A DNA stretch of 64,000 nt from Bacteroidetes bacterium HGW-Bacteroidetes-6. GTDB taxonomy: Bacteria > Bacteroidota > Bacteroidia > Bacteroidales > DTU049. Each line of letters starts with the position of its first letter. Position 1 is the first letter of the stretch. The notes beneath the pieces are model-generated. The model was given only the letters and a program-made list of their open reading frames with translations. It had not been told where the DNA came from and did not search any database. The stretch covers positions 6,010 through 70,009 of the forward strand of contig PHDB01000022.1 in NCBI GenBank assembly GCA_002842495.1, read 5' to 3'. Below are positions 61,301 to 64,000 of the stretch, piece after piece. The translations under genes were made by a program, and so were the position numbers.

Positions 61301-63421
61301 ATTCTCAATCAGTACAAATGCTTCCGATGAACTCACGGTTGGTTGATACAAATCGCCAGCAAAACACGAATTGGCAATCAGAAACGGATAGCGTTGGTAG
61401 TTGCTGTAATCGGCCGGATTGTCGATACTGATATCGAACCCAATACCCGCTCCATGTCCAAAGAAATTAAGAATAGCAACACCATTGTTGATCAAATCTT
61501 TCAATTCGTCACTGGTATTCTGCTGAATAGGAGCCGAAGATGTTTTTGTAAATGTAGTAACATCTGCCCCAAAATAAGGGCCCATCAAGGTGTCGGCATA
61601 ATTATCCAGAAAGCTAAGTAGATATTGAGCTTCCGAATAAGTTGACCCTCCGGCAAAATGCAGTACTTTCTTCATCCAAGCTTTTGCAAGTGGATCAGAA
61701 GGATCGTACGGTTGATTTTGTTCATACTCAAAATCCTGTATTTTGGTTAGATATATTGAAATATCGTTTGAAACACGTGCCGCCAGACGCCCGGTTGGAA
61801 TAGCCGGCATAATTGTTCCATCACTCAATCCGGCCGTAAACATTATATCGGAAGGCGGATTCCCAAACGATGGCACCAAGGTTAGAGTGTTGTATGTTGT
61901 ACTGAACCTGTAATTATACGGACTATCGCCAGCACGGTAGCCTTTCCCCATTAAAAACAATCCATGAATTGTATCGGCAAATTCGCCAAGAGCATAGTTT
62001 GCAAAATGCCTGATTCCCATAGGATGTTTATTGATTCCGTAGCTAAATTGGTCATAGAGCATATCAACATCGGCCACAACAACATTGTATCCAGTTGCTT
62101 CGCGATATGCAGCATAATCGTTTGCTTTCTGAATCAATGTTTTGTGAGTTACAATTATATAATCCACATCATCATAAACTGGGTCACTATAATCGATAAA
62201 TTTCGCAAGATTCGCAACATCTTAGTTCACCGGACGTAATGTCGTGACTGCTTTTACCGAGCTTTCCGACACAAGAAAACATTTTTTCTGAGTACCAGTA
62301 TTGGGGACCAGAAAACGAACAGAAGTTCCCGAACGCAAAGTAAGAATTCGTTTGTGATTGGTATTGTCATAAACCAACACACTGTCGGTTACGGGCGAAC
62401 CCAGATTTGATAATGTAAAATACGCTTTCAATACCGCTCCATCGTTGGCTTCAAACGAAATAGACGTCGCATTTCCCAAATCGATAGAGTGAGGATATTC
62501 AATATCGATATAGCTTAGAGCAACTCGGTCGGCATTGCTCCCCAAATCGTTGGGCATAGTAAAAACAAACTGTGTTCCCGAAGAAGTAAGTTGCGATGGA
62601 TTTACACTAAATGACAGATGAAGCGGAATATAGCCATTGAAAGTTGTGTCGAAATTGAGACCTGCTCCAGTCATTAAAACATGGTGATCCGGAGAAAGCC
62701 CTGCATAATCGGAAGCGCCAACAAGATGCATCTCCAGCTTTGCGGGTGGCCCTGCATTGTAAGGACTATAAGTATAAACGCTACGAGTATAGGGTCCCGG
62801 ATCCCAGGTATCATTAGGATCGAATGCCCTATCAAACCAACCTTCTGTGTTAGAATATTCGGGAACAGTAACTCCATAGTCGTCGGTCTCTCCTGCAAAA
62901 TACGTTGAATAATAATTCATTCTCGCAGTATACCAGAAATAGGTCTCGGCAGTATAGCCTGTGAAATTCTTATCGGTCTCGGGTGTAAGTCGTCTGTTTG
63001 TAATAGATGAATTCCATGTTAAAAAATACACCAGTGTATCGTTAAAAAGACTCAGTTCGGGATTGGGTTGATCGGTATTATTTGCATACATACATGTATC
63101 AAACCAACCATTATTGTGTTCCGCATAAAACTCGATATAATCGCTTGTCCCAAAAACACCATCGCTTTCCCCATTAATGTAAATATACTGTTCCTCACCT
63201 TTGGCAAAAATTTGAATGCGCCGCGGATCGATTGATGAAAGTGGAATTCCTGAAGCAACCAGTGTAGCGTACGAAATTCGATAAACACCATCCTGCGAAA
63301 CAGGAAAACGATAGTACTGTTGTGAAAAATTGATCCACTCATTTCCATAGGTTTGAGCAGAACCATTTCCCCACACGAACAGGGATAGAATCAATGGCAA
63401 AAAACGGCATATGTTCCTCAT
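58355..63421 (-). pseudogene. PorU-like (PorU2-type) C25 cysteine peptidase/T9SS sortase, interrupted by one in-frame TAA
   Basis: ORFs 62222-63427 and 58355-62167 share a frame: LRPVN*DVANLAKFIDYSDPVYDDVDYIIVTH; signal peptide, C25 motifs FFGHG and ANSC, C-terminal WPNPFS...NGVYLY CTD. Confidence 0.75.
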
Positions 63422-63427
63422 AGGCAA

Positions 63428-64000
63428 TTACAAACTTGCATTATTTACTATATGATTGATATTCAACTTAAGCGAAAACACATGCGAATACAGTGCAACA
63501 CTCACATCGCCCAAATCGGTCATTGCGTAATCGATTGAAAGGATATTTTTAATATTGATGCCGATACCCATATTGGGTTGAAGAGTTGTCACTTTTTTTC
63601 CATCAAAATTGGTTTCTTGCTGAATATTACCAATTCCGCCACGCAAATAGGCGAAACTCTTGTAGCCAAGTTCAAAACCAAAATGTGGATCAACGCTTAT
63701 TGGATCAGATTTTATAAGCACATTGCGTTTCCCATCAAAAGTAACATCGAGACCAACTTCGGGATAAATGTTGAAACTTTTTGATATTGTGAATGTACGA
63801 CCTGCGCCCAACAACAATCTTGGCAATGTAAGTTCAAGACTATTCTCAGGAATTTCGTTGCCGGTAAGTGTAAATATTTCGCGGGTACGATCGTCGAGCG
63901 TAAACGACCAAGCATTGAAAGTTGAAGTCACATCACGCAAAACAGCTCCAAATTTCCAGTCTTTCGTTGTGTATTGCGCCCCAGCATCGAGACCAAAGCC
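63428..64000 (-). CDS. PorV-like T9SS outer-membrane barrel (5' part outside window)
   Basis: RDVTSTFNAW, LPRLLLG, FDGKRN, DPHFG.E, LRGG, IDYA.TD, YSHVFSL; directly upstream of the porU-like gene. Confidence 0.75.
   Translation of the reverse strand, partial: GFGLDAGAQYTTKDWKFGAVLRDVTSTFNAWSFTLDDRTREIFTLTGNEIPENSLELTLPRLLLGAGRTFTISKSFNIYPEVGLDVTFDGKRNVLIKSDPISVDPHFGFELGYKSFAYLRGGIGNIQQETNFDGKKVTTLQPNMGIGINIKNILSIDYAMTDLGDVSVALYSHVFSLKLNINHIVNNASL

Noticed and set aside
62222-62224. Genetic-code reassignment or Sec/Pyl recoding explaining internal stops
   Set aside because: The stop is TAA, the main terminator of the intact genes in this window

Overview
64-kb chromosomal window from a Bacteroidota (probably Bacteroidales-like) bacterium. 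Evidence for that assignment: TAnnTTTG promoters, T9SS genes, and a str-S10-spc-alpha cluster without tuf. Left to right: (i) 1-15.1 kb accessory patchwork: truncated TonB-dependent receptor, AraC-drrA-drrB-drrC(UvrA-like)-nudC operon, a DUF2007 remnant, cysteine hydrolase, M1 peptidase, CHAP protein, thioesterase, DUF3795-rsgA-HhH. (ii) 15.1-24.6 kb, 14-gene minus-strand arsenic super-operon: arsE-like trx, arsR, 2x arsF, arsG, arsP, four uncharacterised Cys-rich envelope proteins, arsC, arsM, acr3, interrupted by a four-helix-bundle gene bracketed by inverted octamer arrays. (iii) A T9SS FG-GAP/HYR adhesin. (iv) 29.8-33.6 kb, the best novel-system candidate: five tandem small lipoproteins carrying ten x-Y-G-(V/P) motifs (four also have D-S/T-rich stalks), followed by a radical SAM/SPASM enzyme and a DUF4846 lipoprotein. 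This is probably a multi-core, lipid-anchored splicease-type RiPP/protein-modification locus. (v) Housekeeping genes: blc, pepD, LmtA-like methyltransferase, eno. (vi) The ribosomal protein superoperon, with a truncated rpmD and a fusA divergent in domain IV. (vii) A PorU-like C25 gene broken by one in-frame TAA, then porV. No rRNA, tRNA, CRISPR, transposase or integrase was recognised. Family names come from motif recognition, not database searches.
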